NCBI GenBank assembly: GCA_963662625.1
Contig: OY759726.1
Span: 512,001 to 576,000 of the forward strand
DNA: 64,000 nucleotides
Origin: Nitrosopumilus sp.
GTDB lineage: Archaea > Thermoproteota > Nitrososphaeria > Nitrososphaerales > Nitrosopumilaceae
Reading direction: 5' to 3'
Shown: one piece after another, positions 40,238 through 49,377 of the stretch
How positions within the stretch are numbered: the first letter of the stretch is position 1
How the letters are laid out: each line of letters starts with the position of its first letter
Made by a program: the position numbers and the translations under genes
The notes under the pieces: model-generated
Seen by the model: the letters and a program-made list of their open reading frames with translations, nothing else
Told to the model about the DNA's origin: nothing
Databases searched by the model: none

Positions 40238-40657
40238 TCAGCCCCGCGAGATCCGGATTATCTCGTCCCAGATTTCCGGCGGCACTGGCATCACCGACAG
40301 CCTGGAGATCCTGACCAGCTCCCAGTCGCGGAACTTCTCGCTGGCCTTGATCTCGTCGAGGGTGACGGGGCGCCTGAGCGGCTTCTTGTACTTTACGTCC
40401 ACCACTATGAAGCGCTCGTCGTCCTCCTCGGGGTTCGGGTACGGCCCCGACGTCACCTCCATTATCCCCACCGCCCGCCTCTCGCCGCCGGTGTGGTAGA
40501 ACAGAACCTGGTCGCCGGGCCTCATCTCCCGCATGTGCTTCAGCGCGAGGTTGTTGTGCACCCCGTCCCAGACGGTCTTCCCGTCCTTCCTGAGCGACTC
40601 GAAGCTGTACCCCCTCGGGCCGCCCGGTTCCTGCTTCGCGAGCCAGTACCTCCCCAA
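40238..40657 (-). CDS. EVE (PUA-like) domain protein
   Basis: YWLAKQEP, WDGVHN, M.PGD.VLFYHTG and RLSVMPV..W. Confidence 0.9.
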   Translation of the reverse strand: MGRYWLAKQEPGGPRGYSFESLRKDGKTVWDGVHNNLALKHMREMRPGDQVLFYHTGGERRAVGIMEVTSGPYPNPEEDDERFIVVDVKYKKPLRRPVTLDEIKASEKFRDWELVRISRLSVMPVPPEIWDEIIRISRG

Positions 40658-40697
40658 CGGCACCCCTTGGGGGGCGGGGGTTTTATGTCTTGTAGTA

Positions 40698-40866
40698 GGG
40701 TGTCCCCCGGCTCTGACTCGCGCAAGATCATTGGCGTTTAGCCAAAACCTCCCTTGGTTTTATGACCGGGGTGCCCGTGGTGTAGCACGCCTGGGTGAAC
40801 CGGGAATCACCGGAATCAGTACGATCTGCGTCATCCCGGTCCGTCTGCGTGCCTGCTCTTGGGCGC
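40698..40866 (-). ncRNA. Putative two-hairpin box H/ACA guide RNA
   Basis: Hairpin 1: GCACGC/GCGTGC stem, pocket, GGACCGGGA/TCCCGGTTC stem, TGA K-turn, then ACA (40781-83). Hairpin 2: CCCCGGT/GCCGGGG stem, pocket, CAAGG/TCTTG stem, GA/ATGA K-turn, then ACA (40701-03). Confidence 0.7.
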
Positions 40867-42516
40867 TTAGCCACCGGGGCGGCCAAATATTAATCCAGAC
40901 AGGGACACCTCGAAGCCGGCCGCCGGCACGCGTATCTTGTAGCCGGCCATCGTCCCGGAGCCGATCTCCCCGACCACGCCGACGGCCCTCCCGCCGGCCA
41001 GGATCGCCGCCGTCCGGCCCCCCTCGAGGGCCGGATCCGACGCCGCCCTGGTGCGGATCTCCACCCCGAACCCCGCGCCCAGCACGGACTGCAGGACAGA
41101 CTTTGCCTCGGAGAAGCTGGCGCCGGCGTGGGCGCTGACGCACGCGAGGCTGTGCCCCTCGGACACCGGGTCCCCGCGCCCGAAGACGACGCCGGTCTCG
41201 AACAGCCTCTGCGGGTACGGCGCGTGCACGTTCCTTGACAGGTTCTCCACCAGCCCGGGCAGCAGCGAGTCGCGCAGGATCGTGTGCTCCAGGCTCTTGG
41301 AGTCCATGACGGAGATGGCGCCCCCGTCCCCCCTCCCGGTCGCGCCGTAGAGGGACTTCCTGCTGGTGAGGCACGAGTTGAGGGCCTCGGTGTAGCCTAG
41401 CCCCACCATCAGGAGGCCGAGCTTCCTGAGCCCTGCCGGCACCGGGTCGGCGCGCCCGAGCGTCCCGGGCGGCGACAGGGACGGCTCCAGGTTGCATATC
41501 CCGTAGCCCAGCGCGACCTCCTCCACCAGGTCCATCGGGCCCAGGATGTCGAACCTGTGCGGCGGGACCGTGCACGCGATCGAGCCGCCGTCCCTCGCCG
41601 CGCCCAGCCGGGATCTCTTCAGCGACGAGATGATCCGCGCGGCCGGCAGGTCCAGGCCCAGCGTCCGGTTGACCAGGCCCGGGGACAGCCCGATCTCCCT
41701 GGGCTCCAGCGCCGGGGTCGAGTTTCCGGCCCCGGATATCTCCACCTCCTCCAGCCGGAAGCCCGCCGCCTGGAGCGTCAGCGCCAGCACCGCGAGCACG
41801 TCCTCGACGGCGGCCCTTCCCGTCCCGGTCACCTCCACGAAGAGGTTCCTGGTGGACTCGGTGAGGGTCGTCGCGGCCGCGTTGATGATCGGCGGGAGGG
41901 ACACCGTGCGGCCGTCGGAGTCCAGTATGACCGGCACCGGGCCGGAGCCCCCCAGTATCCCGCCGTACGCCCTTCCCGCGTCCGTGTCGGCGAGGACCTG
42001 CGACGCCGCGAGCTCCCTGTCCGAGTGCAGCGGGACGAACCTGTGGCCCCTGCCGGCCACCGTATAGGCAAGCGGGAACGAGATCATGTCGAGGTCGTGT
42101 ATCCCGATAGACGACTTCCTCCTCCTCCTCCCGATCCCAAAGTGCAGGTCCTCCTGCATCGCCATGAGCTGCCTGATCAGCCCGTCGTCGACCGTGCCGC
42201 CCCTTGCTGCGATCCCCGTGACGTACGGCCTGACGCCTGCGACCTTGGGGGAGGCGCGGAGCGCGAGCCTGCCGGGCCTCCGTATCCTGAGGCGCACCAT
42301 CCCCGTCCTCACGCCGAGGATCCCCTGCAGCCCCAGCGAGATGCCGTAGTCGGTGGAATAGTCGGGCCTGTTGGGGCTGTACTCCACCCTGACCGTGTCC
42401 CCGTCCTCCGACTCGATGTCCAGCCCCAGGAACGGGAGGGACTCGGACACCCGCCCCCTGGTGGCCCCGCCGACCAGCCCTTGCAGCCGCGAATACGACA
42501 GCTCGACTACCGGCAT
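40867..42516 (-). CDS. pheT: Phenylalanine-tRNA ligase beta subunit
   Basis: PNRPDY, R.DI...DLVEEVA..YG and LRDSLLPGL; start MPVVE at 42516. Confidence 0.93.
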   Translation of the reverse strand: MPVVELSYSRLQGLVGGATRGRVSESLPFLGLDIESEDGDTVRVEYSPNRPDYSTDYGISLGLQGILGVRTGMVRLRIRRPGRLALRASPKVAGVRPYVTGIAARGGTVDDGLIRQLMAMQEDLHFGIGRRRRKSSIGIHDLDMISFPLAYTVAGRGHRFVPLHSDRELAASQVLADTDAGRAYGGILGGSGPVPVILDSDGRTVSLPPIINAAATTLTESTRNLFVEVTGTGRAAVEDVLAVLALTLQAAGFRLEEVEISGAGNSTPALEPREIGLSPGLVNRTLGLDLPAARIISSLKRSRLGAARDGGSIACTVPPHRFDILGPMDLVEEVALGYGICNLEPSLSPPGTLGRADPVPAGLRKLGLLMVGLGYTEALNSCLTSRKSLYGATGRGDGGAISVMDSKSLEHTILRDSLLPGLVENLSRNVHAPYPQRLFETGVVFGRGDPVSEGHSLACVSAHAGASFSEAKSVLQSVLGAGFGVEIRTRAASDPALEGGRTAAILAGGRAVGVVGEIGSGTMAGYKIRVPAAGFEVSLSGLIFGRPGG

Positions 42517-43895
42517 CTGCCAGCGCCCCTCAGCCAGTCCATGTCGTTGTTGTAAAACTCCCTGACGTCGTCCACCCCGTATTTCAGCATCGCGATCCTC
42601 TCTATCCCTCCCCCCCACGCGAGGACGGGATCCCGGATCCCGAGCGGCCCGGTCACCTCGGGCCTGAATATCCCCATCCCGAACAGCTCGACCCACTTCC
42701 CGAGGCGCTCGTTGTACACCATCGTCTGGAGGGAGGGCTCCGTGTACGGGAAGAACGTGGGCCAGAACTTCACCCTGTCGATGCCCATCCTCCTGTAGAA
42801 CTCCTTCTGGATCCCCATCAGGCCGCGCAGGGTGGCGCCGCCCCCGGCGACCACCCCCTCCACCTGGTGGAAGTCCACCAGGTGCTTGTAGCCGACCTTC
42901 TCGTTCCGGAACACCCGGCCCAGGGAGAAGACCCGGGCCTCGTCGGGGCGGGCCTCTGCCAGGTGCCTTATGGTGACGCACGTGGTGTGGGTCCGGAGCA
43001 CCATCCTCCTCGCCTCCCCGGCGTCCCACCTGTAGCGCCAGCCGCTCTTGTGCGACGCCGAGACCCTCCTGATCTGGTCCCGGGTGGCGATCCTCCCGGC
43101 GGAGGCGCCCTCGATGTAGAACGTGTCCTGCATCTCCCGCGCGGGGTGGTCCTGCGGGGTGAACAGCGCGTCAAAGTTCCAGAAGCTGGGCTGGGCCAGG
43201 CCCCCGAGCACCTCGGAGAAGCCGAGCGTGACGAACGTCTCGCGGATCTCGTCGATTGTGTCCGCCAGGGGGTGGGTCCTGGCGATGTACGTGTCGGGCA
43301 CGTCGGCCTCGACGTCTATCGCGCCCGCGTCGCCGGAGATCCGGATGGATCTCGCCTTCCTCGTGAGCGACACCTCCCGGGTGCTCGTCACCTCCTCCAC
43401 GACAAAGTCGGGCCTCCCCAGCAGCGACGACAGGTCGCCTCCCGGGAGGCTCGCGGCCGGGACCGTCCCCCCGCCGATTATCCCGAGCGACCTCTCCCCC
43501 GGCAGCTCGGCGGGCGGGTCCTTCAGCGACACCACGGCCCCCGACGTGGAGATCCAGCCGTTCCTCCGCGCGAGGCCGACTGCCGGCCCGAACGCCGGGC
43601 CCAGCTCCCCCCGGACCTCCTGCAGGTCCCTCGGGCCGCCCTTCAGCGAGTCCAGCAGCCTCCGCTCCGGCAGCCCCTTCCGGGCCGACTCCAGGCCGTT
43701 TCTCCCGAGGCGGAACCGCGTGTCGCGGGACTCGCGCACCGCCGCCAGGCCCTTCAGCCGGAGCCACTCTATCCCGCGGCGCGCCTGGTCGGGCAGCAGC
43801 CCCGCGGACTCTGCGAGCTCCTCGGCGGTCTGCCCCGGGCTGTCCCTGAGCGACGAGATTATCTTTTTTTCAATTTCGTGAAAGACTTGCGGCAC
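42507..43895 (-). CDS. pheS: Phenylalanine-tRNA ligase alpha subunit
   Basis: FWNFDALFTPQDHPAREMQDTF, LRTHTT and FPYTEPS. Confidence 0.96.
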   Translation of the reverse strand: MPQVFHEIEKKIISSLRDSPGQTAEELAESAGLLPDQARRGIEWLRLKGLAAVRESRDTRFRLGRNGLESARKGLPERRLLDSLKGGPRDLQEVRGELGPAFGPAVGLARRNGWISTSGAVVSLKDPPAELPGERSLGIIGGGTVPAASLPGGDLSSLLGRPDFVVEEVTSTREVSLTRKARSIRISGDAGAIDVEADVPDTYIARTHPLADTIDEIRETFVTLGFSEVLGGLAQPSFWNFDALFTPQDHPAREMQDTFYIEGASAGRIATRDQIRRVSASHKSGWRYRWDAGEARRMVLRTHTTCVTIRHLAEARPDEARVFSLGRVFRNEKVGYKHLVDFHQVEGVVAGGGATLRGLMGIQKEFYRRMGIDRVKFWPTFFPYTEPSLQTMVYNERLGKWVELFGMGIFRPEVTGPLGIRDPVLAWGGGIERIAMLKYGVDDVREFYNNDMDWLRGAGRCR

Positions 43896-43945
43896 AGCAG
43901 AAGGTTTGAAAAAGACTTTTTAAACCTTAACCTGAGTCTCAGTGG

Positions 43946-45052
43946 ATGCCTGACGACTTTGTTGTGACACCGTGGCACGTCGAGGGCGACATAGACTACG
44001 ACAGGCTGGTGGAAAAGTTCGGCGTCGAGAAGATCTCCCGGGAGACGCGGCGCAGGGTGAGGGAGGCCGCCGGCGAGGACCACTTTATGCTGAGGAGGGG
44101 GGTGTTCTTTTCTCACAGGGACGTGTGTAGGATCCTCGACTGCCACGCCGCCGGCGACAGGTTCTTCCTGTATACCGGGAGGGGCCCGTCCGGCCACACC
44201 CACATCGGGCACCTGGTGCCGTGGGTATTTGCAAAGTGGATCCAGGACAGGTTCGGCGTCAACATGTACTTCCAGCTGACCGACGACGAGAAGTTCTACG
44301 CGAAGGACACGACGCTGGAGGAGACGGGGAGCTTCGCGTACGAGAACGCGCTCGACTTCATCGCGCTGGGCTTCAGGCCGGAGAACACGAAGATAATAAT
44401 AAACACGAGGAACATCCGCACGCTGTACCCCATCGCGGCGCGCATAGCGAAGAGGATCAACTTTTCAAACACGAAGGCCACGTTCGGGTTCACGAACGAG
44501 ACCAACATCGGCATGATATTCTACACGGCGCTGCAGTCCGCGCCGTGCTTCATCGAGGAGGGGCCGGTCCTGATACCGCTCGGCGTGGACCAAGACCCGC
44601 ACTTCCGGCTTACGAGGGACGTCGCGCCGAAGATCGGCAGGGCCAAGCCGGCGCTGATCCACAACGTGATGGTCCCGGGGCTGGGGGGCCCCGGGGGGAA
44701 GATGTCGGGGTCTGACGGGAGCGGGACCGTGTACACCACCGACCCGGAGGGGGCCGTCAGGAAAAAGATCAACAAGTACGCGTTCTCCGGGGGCCAGCCG
44801 GACGCCGGGCTCCACAGGAAGCACGGGGGGAACCCCGACATAGACGTGTCGTTCCAGTACCTCAGGATGTTCTTCGAGCCCGACGACGGGAAGCTGGGGT
44901 CGATCCGCGACGACTACGTGTCCGGGAAGATGCTGACCGGGGAGCTCAAGGCCATACTGGTAGAGAAGGTGAACGGGTTCCTCGAGGCGCACCAGGAGAG
45001 GAGGGAGGAGGCGAGGGGGAGGCTGGACGAGTTCCTCTTCGAGGACAGATGA
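43946..45052 (+). CDS. trpS: Tryptophan-tRNA ligase
   Basis: YTGRGPS..HIGH, DQDPHFRLTRD and KMSGS. Confidence 0.96.
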   Translation: MPDDFVVTPWHVEGDIDYDRLVEKFGVEKISRETRRRVREAAGEDHFMLRRGVFFSHRDVCRILDCHAAGDRFFLYTGRGPSGHTHIGHLVPWVFAKWIQDRFGVNMYFQLTDDEKFYAKDTTLEETGSFAYENALDFIALGFRPENTKIIINTRNIRTLYPIAARIAKRINFSNTKATFGFTNETNIGMIFYTALQSAPCFIEEGPVLIPLGVDQDPHFRLTRDVAPKIGRAKPALIHNVMVPGLGGPGGKMSGSDGSGTVYTTDPEGAVRKKINKYAFSGGQPDAGLHRKHGGNPDIDVSFQYLRMFFEPDDGKLGSIRDDYVSGKMLTGELKAILVEKVNGFLEAHQERREEARGRLDEFLFEDR

Positions 45053-45330
45053 GGGCCAGGGTAAGCTGCGAGGACGCGTACGAGGCCCGGAAGCTGGCGG
45101 GCCTGATCTATGCCAGCGAGTCCGGGGAGACCAACATAGAGTCGGTCCTCAACACGGTGGGAAACGAGCTCGTGATCGCGCTGAAGGACAAGTCGGCCCA
45201 CAGCATACTCCTGGAGGACGCCTCTGGCGCGGAGGCCTTTGCGGACTTTGTCCAGTCGGTGACTGACGGGGAGCACGGGATAGTCCGCGCCGTGGCGGAG
45301 GGGAGGCACGTCGACGTGGAGAAGGCGTAG
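45049..45330 (+). CDS. Hypothetical protein
   Basis: Overlaps the trpS stop; codon bias. Confidence 0.7.
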   Translation: MRARVSCEDAYEARKLAGLIYASESGETNIESVLNTVGNELVIALKDKSAHSILLEDASGAEAFADFVQSVTDGEHGIVRAVAEGRHVDVEKA

Positions 45331-45414
45331 CTATGGCTGGAACACGGCGTACAGCGCGACCAGGCCGACTATGGCAATCAGGCTCAGTCCCAGTGCTTTG
45401 AGGTCAGCGTCCAT
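45331..45414 (-). CDS. Putative 27-aa single-TM micropeptide MDADLKALGLSLIAIVGLVALYAVFQP
   Basis: TTTAATTATA box about 21 nt before the ATG; one clean TM helix. Confidence 0.6.
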   Translation of the reverse strand: MDADLKALGLSLIAIVGLVALYAVFQP

Positions 45415-45530
45415 GGGATGGGCTCTGCCGCATTATAATTAAAGTCTGTCGACACGCGTTTCGCGCAACTAAATGTCAAACCCGTCCCGCCCCGGTGCGC
45501 CGCGCGGCGGCCGTGGGGGGCCCGGGCCCG

Positions 45531-45860
45531 TCACACCAGGGACTTGTCCATCTCCGCGTCCAGTATCTCCTGGACCTTGAGGAAGTACAGCCTGGTGGTG
45601 GCCGGCATCTCGTCCAGGTTGGAGTCCACGGCCATCATGAAGTACCTGACCGCGCGCTTTGAGATGTCCAGGTTGAACTTCATCGGGAGCACCGGATCCT
45701 GGCTCACCCCGATCTTGTCTTCCAGCCACGGCGGCGCCATCTCGATCGTCTCCCTGATTATCCTGTCGTACCACAGCGACAGGTTGTCCGGCTGCAGCCC
45801 CTGCTGCAGCGCGGAGACGTCCGAGTCGATCTGGTTCAGCATGTTGTTGATGATCGCCAT
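45531..45860 (-). CDS. Hypothetical protein
   Basis: Codon bias; plausible globular sequence. Confidence 0.7.
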   Translation of the reverse strand: MAIINNMLNQIDSDVSALQQGLQPDNLSLWYDRIIRETIEMAPPWLEDKIGVSQDPVLPMKFNLDISKRAVRYFMMAVDSNLDEMPATTRLYFLKVQEILDAEMDKSLV

Positions 45861-45912
45861 GCGTGCGTGTCGGGGAGTTGCGTTTTATCCCAGCTGCTCA
45901 AATATAGGTAGC

Positions 45913-46389
45913 CTACTTGTCAACAGGCAAGAGCCTCCCGTCCACGTCTATCTCGGAGTTTCTTATCCTGGTGGTGGAGATGCGCCTCCCGTCCTGGGCC
46001 CGGACCATGGGGACCGCCACTATCGCCACCGGCGGGAGGCCCCTTTCGGCGCGCATGGAGTTGAGGACGTCGCCCTGCCCCCGCGTCTCCTCGCTGACCA
46101 CCAGCGCCTGCACGCCCTCCTCGAGGACGGCCGGGCCGAAATCGTTTTCAAGCCTGCTTATCTTGAAGTGGCGCCCCGGAAAATCCGCCCCGAGGGCCAG
46201 GATCAGGGCCCTGAGCCTCTGCCGGTAGTCGTGGGCGGTGTCCTTGCCCCTCTGCCTGGCGAGATCGTCGCTCGTCAGCCCTATGATGACCCGCGACGAG
46301 GCCTCGAACGCCCTCGAGAGGAGCGCCCTGTGGCCCGCGTGTATGATGTCAAAGGTGCCCCCCGTGGCTGCAAGTTTGAATTCGGCCAT
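45913..46389 (-). CDS. coaD: Phosphopantetheine adenylyltransferase
   Basis: GGTFD..HAGH, VVSEET and ISTTRIR. Confidence 0.9.
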   Translation of the reverse strand: MAEFKLAATGGTFDIIHAGHRALLSRAFEASSRVIIGLTSDDLARQRGKDTAHDYRQRLRALILALGADFPGRHFKISRLENDFGPAVLEEGVQALVVSEETRGQGDVLNSMRAERGLPPVAIVAVPMVRAQDGRRISTTRIRNSEIDVDGRLLPVDK

Positions 46390-46402
46390 CTGCCACCCCG
46401 CC

Positions 46403-47470
46403 CTATGTCACGCTTATCAGCACGATCGGCCCCTTCTCGGCGATCGGCACGCTGTTCCTGTCCCAGACGAAGGTCTCGATGAAGAACTCGCCGGCGTTGC
46501 CCGGGATCCAGTCTACCGACTGGTACTGGCTGCCCGTGCCGATGTACCGGCCGTCGTACTTGCCCACGAACTCCACGTAGGGGGAGGGCCCGAGCTGCTT
46601 CACCTGGACGAAGTAGGTGTATGGCGTCTCGTTCGTGGGCTGCGTGCCCGAGAACCGGATCTGCGACTCGCTCTCGATGCGCACCGTGGTGCCCGCCGGG
46701 ATCTCCAGGAGCTCGTTTCCGGAGGCGTCCCTGACGGCGATGTCCGTGATGGCGGCCAGCTTTGTGAACCTCTCCTGCTCGGGGAGGCGGACGTCCACGA
46801 AGTCGGAGTAGAATATGCTGGACTCGGAGAACAGCAGGAACCCCACCGCGCGGGATCCCACCTCCCCGCTGAACTCAAACGGGACGGCCTCGTTCGGGAG
46901 TATGTTCCCTAGCCCGACGGTGCGGACGTCCAGCATCCTCGGGGGATCAAACGCGTCGTAAAACGCGACGTAGACGTTGGCGCCGGTGGCCGGCGCGGCG
47001 CCGTTCTTCAGGACCCCGGAGAAGGACAGGGCGCCGCCGTGGTAGAAGACGCCGCCGGCCTCCACCGCGGGCTGCTTCGCCTTCGGGGTCGAGGTGGCAA
47101 AGCCCTGGAGGCTTACCGAGGCCTGGGTGACCGCGGGCGCGGGGGCCGCCGACTTTATGATGTACGGGGAGGATCCCGACGGGGGGATCACGTCCAGGAC
47201 GGTGCCCCCCGTGGCCGACTCCAGCGGCGTCGCGCCTGCATCGTCAAAGAAATCCACGGCCAGCCGGACGCCGGAGATCGGGGTCAGCTCGTTGTCGTTG
47301 ACGACCTGCCCGACGACCACGGCGTACCCGTCGCCGTCGCGGTACAGGAACTGGGACTCGTCCACGAGCCTGACCGTCAGGGTGGGCTCGGTGTCGGTGA
47401 GCTCGGCGGAAAACACGGGGGATGCCGGAAGCAGCGAGAGGATCAGGAACGCGGGGATGGCCTTGTACAT
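46403..47470 (-). CDS. Secreted Ig-like domain protein
   Basis: Signal peptide; beta-rich; C-terminal W.P...G.F..E.FVW pattern. Confidence 0.75.
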   Translation of the reverse strand: MYKAIPAFLILSLLPASPVFSAELTDTEPTLTVRLVDESQFLYRDGDGYAVVVGQVVNDNELTPISGVRLAVDFFDDAGATPLESATGGTVLDVIPPSGSSPYIIKSAAPAPAVTQASVSLQGFATSTPKAKQPAVEAGGVFYHGGALSFSGVLKNGAAPATGANVYVAFYDAFDPPRMLDVRTVGLGNILPNEAVPFEFSGEVGSRAVGFLLFSESSIFYSDFVDVRLPEQERFTKLAAITDIAVRDASGNELLEIPAGTTVRIESESQIRFSGTQPTNETPYTYFVQVKQLGPSPYVEFVGKYDGRYIGTGSQYQSVDWIPGNAGEFFIETFVWDRNSVPIAEKGPIVLISVT

Positions 47471-47576
47471 GGTTTGGGTGCAAGGAAGTGATTAATTTCA
47501 TGCGACATATCATATAGTCAACAAGAAAGGCAACAAGGTTTAACCCAATTACAAAAAGAGGAGCAAAAATTGAATT

Positions 47577-47681
47577 CTATCTCTTCTTCATTGCCGTAAT
47601 TGCCAACCAGTATACCAAACCCGGCGCTAAACCAACAATGAGTGGAATCCATACAGGCCATCCGTCTACTACGCTTGCCAT
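47577..47681 (-). CDS. 34-aa membrane micropeptide MASVVDGWPVWIPLIVGLAPGLVYWLAITAMKKR (not in ORF track)
   Basis: TTTAAATA box 22 nt before the ATG; T-rich terminator downstream; TM helix with basic tail; low-GC codons. Confidence 0.75.
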   Translation of the reverse strand: MASVVDGWPVWIPLIVGLAPGLVYWLAITAMKKR

Positions 47682-47766
47682 GGGTTATTGCCGTAACTTA
47701 TCCTATTTAAATCCATCCAGAAGGCCGGATTTCGCGGCTGATCGCGGGCGCCCGCAGGGATTGGAG

Positions 47767-47840
47767 TGGACTGGACGGGATTTGAACCCATGACCCCCCG
47801 CGTGCAAGGCGGGTATACTACCAGGCTATACTACCAGCCC
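47767..47840 (-). tRNA. tRNA-Ala(TGC)
   Basis: CCCGC-CT-TGC-AC-GCGGG anticodon arm; G3:U70 pair. Confidence 0.95.
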
Positions 47841-47867
47841 ACGCGGGATATGGCCCTGCCGCGGATT

Positions 47868-48179
47868 TTAATTGTTGTCTTGGGGCCGTCCGCGCCCGCC
47901 GCGGCCGGGCGGGGCGCTCGCGCGGGCCAGGCCGTGCCCCGTCGTTCCCCGCGTCCGGTCCCCGGCGGCCTTCCCGGGATCAGCGTGGCCGACGACCTTG
48001 ACCCGGCCCACCTGCCCGTCCATGAGCCTTACCTTGATCCCGTGCGGGTGGGAGTCGCCGCGGGTGAGGATCTCCTTTACGATTCCGCCGGTGAGCCTTC
48101 CCGTCCCCTGGTCCGCCTTCGTCTCGACGCTGGCGCGGCAGCCGATCTTGATCTGGGTCCTGGCAGGGTGGCCTGTCAT
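47868..48179 (-). CDS. YwbE/DUF2196 family protein
   Basis: KADQ.TG.LT.G.V..ILT...SHPHGIKVRL.DGQVGRV. Confidence 0.85.
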   Translation of the reverse strand: MTGHPARTQIKIGCRASVETKADQGTGRLTGGIVKEILTRGDSHPHGIKVRLMDGQVGRVKVVGHADPGKAAGDRTRGTTGHGLARASAPPGRGGRGRPQDNN

Positions 48180-48288
48180 GCGTGGGGTGTCCCGCCGCGG
48201 CCTATAAGAATTTCCGGGCCGGCGCGGGGGCGGATCCCGGCGCCCGAGACCCCGGCGGCGCGGGCGGGCACCGGAACGACAGGTTTAC

Positions 48289-48510
48289 TTGGGATTGGCG
48301 CCGCGTTTACTTATGCGCTGGCTCCGTCAGGCGCTGTGCGTGGCCGCGGTCGCCTCGCTTGCGCCCATCCTGCACTACGCGAACGCGCTAGGCGTCATCC
48401 TGGCGTACGCGTACGTGGCCGTCATCCTGACGGTTTCGGTCGCGTACTTTTTGTGGGTGATCCCGGTGATGTTTTTCGTGTTTTTGTACGGCGCCGTTGC
48501 GCCCGCATGA
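48289..48510 (+). CDS. Small membrane protein
   Basis: Strongly hydrophobic 73-aa ORF. Confidence 0.5.
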   Translation: MGLAPRLLMRWLRQALCVAAVASLAPILHYANALGVILAYAYVAVILTVSVAYFLWVIPVMFFVFLYGAVAPA

Positions 48511-48613
48511 GCCCGCCTCTGGGATTGCGCGGATCCCGCGCGCGGGTTCCCTCCGGGGCAGCCGCGCGCCTGCGGGCCCCCGTGGCCGCGCCGGCTAGGC
48601 CGGGGGTTGTCAG

Positions 48614-48688
48614 TGGGCCCGATGAGATTCGAACTCATGACCTTTCGATTATCAGTCGAACGCTCCAGCCAAGCTGAGCTACGAGCCC
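48614..48688 (-). tRNA. tRNA-Ile(GAT)
   Basis: TTCGA-CT-GAT-AA-TCGAA anticodon arm; complete cloverleaf. Confidence 0.95.
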
Positions 48689-48720
48689 ACGGACAGTCTT
48701 CCGCCGGGAGTCATTTAAGT

Positions 48721-49272
48721 CTAATTTTCCTTCCACTTGATCGAGCAGCCGATCGACGGGTCAAAGTCTTTTTCTATGCCCTCCCCGGACAGCATCTTCC
48801 GGATGTTTACCGCCATGGTGTTCTCCGTCGGGGTGCTCCCGGGCTTCATGGCGTCGTCAATCCTGCCGTGAAACACCAGCTTCTTGTCCTTGTCGAAGAG
48901 GAACGGATCCGGGGTGCACATGGCGCCGTACTTCCTGGCAACCTCCTGTGTCGTGTCCACCAGGTAGTCGAACTTGAACCCCTTCTTGGACGCGACCGTT
49001 TTCATGTTGTCAAAGCTGTCCTCGGGATAGGCCGACGGGTCGTTGCTGTTGATCCCCACGATGTCTATCTTGTCCCCGAACTCGCCGTACAGCTCGTTCA
49101 GCGCGTCGGATTTTGCCTTTACGTAGGGGCAGTGGTTGCACATGAAGATGACCAGTAGCCCGCCCTTGCCGTAGTCGCCAAGCGAGTGCGTCATGTCGTC
49201 AGTCCCGGTCAGCTTGAATTCCGGCGCGGCGTCGCCCGTCCTCAGCCTGAGCTGCGATTCCAACAGGACCAT
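48721..49272 (-). CDS. AhpC/TSA-like thioredoxin-fold protein
   Basis: FMCNHCPYV, AMCTPD, GRIDD and SIGCSIKW. Confidence 0.9.
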   Translation of the reverse strand: MVLLESQLRLRTGDAAPEFKLTGTDDMTHSLGDYGKGGLLVIFMCNHCPYVKAKSDALNELYGEFGDKIDIVGINSNDPSAYPEDSFDNMKTVASKKGFKFDYLVDTTQEVARKYGAMCTPDPFLFDKDKKLVFHGRIDDAMKPGSTPTENTMAVNIRKMLSGEGIEKDFDPSIGCSIKWKEN

Positions 49273-49377
49273 GGTTTTACGTGCGGCCCGTCAAATAAAA
49301 CCCTTCTCACCTGCATAGTCTGTTGCACAACTCGGCACGATCCCCGGGCCGTGGCCAGGCCGTGCCGCTTGGGGTCC

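Noticed and set aside
40698-40880. Possible intron-rich tRNA-Met (GCCCCGG...TCATAA...CCGGGG)
   Set aside because: No T-arm (TTCRA) and no BHB-consistent splicing; the H/ACA fold explains the stems better
42517-43029. 720-aa PheT and, similarly, 423-aa PdxT (33564-34835) as fusions
   Set aside because: The extensions are off-frame overlaps with pheS and pdxS caused by scarce stop codons at high GC
47766-48677. 303-aa ORF, plus ORFs at 36096-36287 and 51304-51486
   Set aside because: They are antisense translations of tRNA genes
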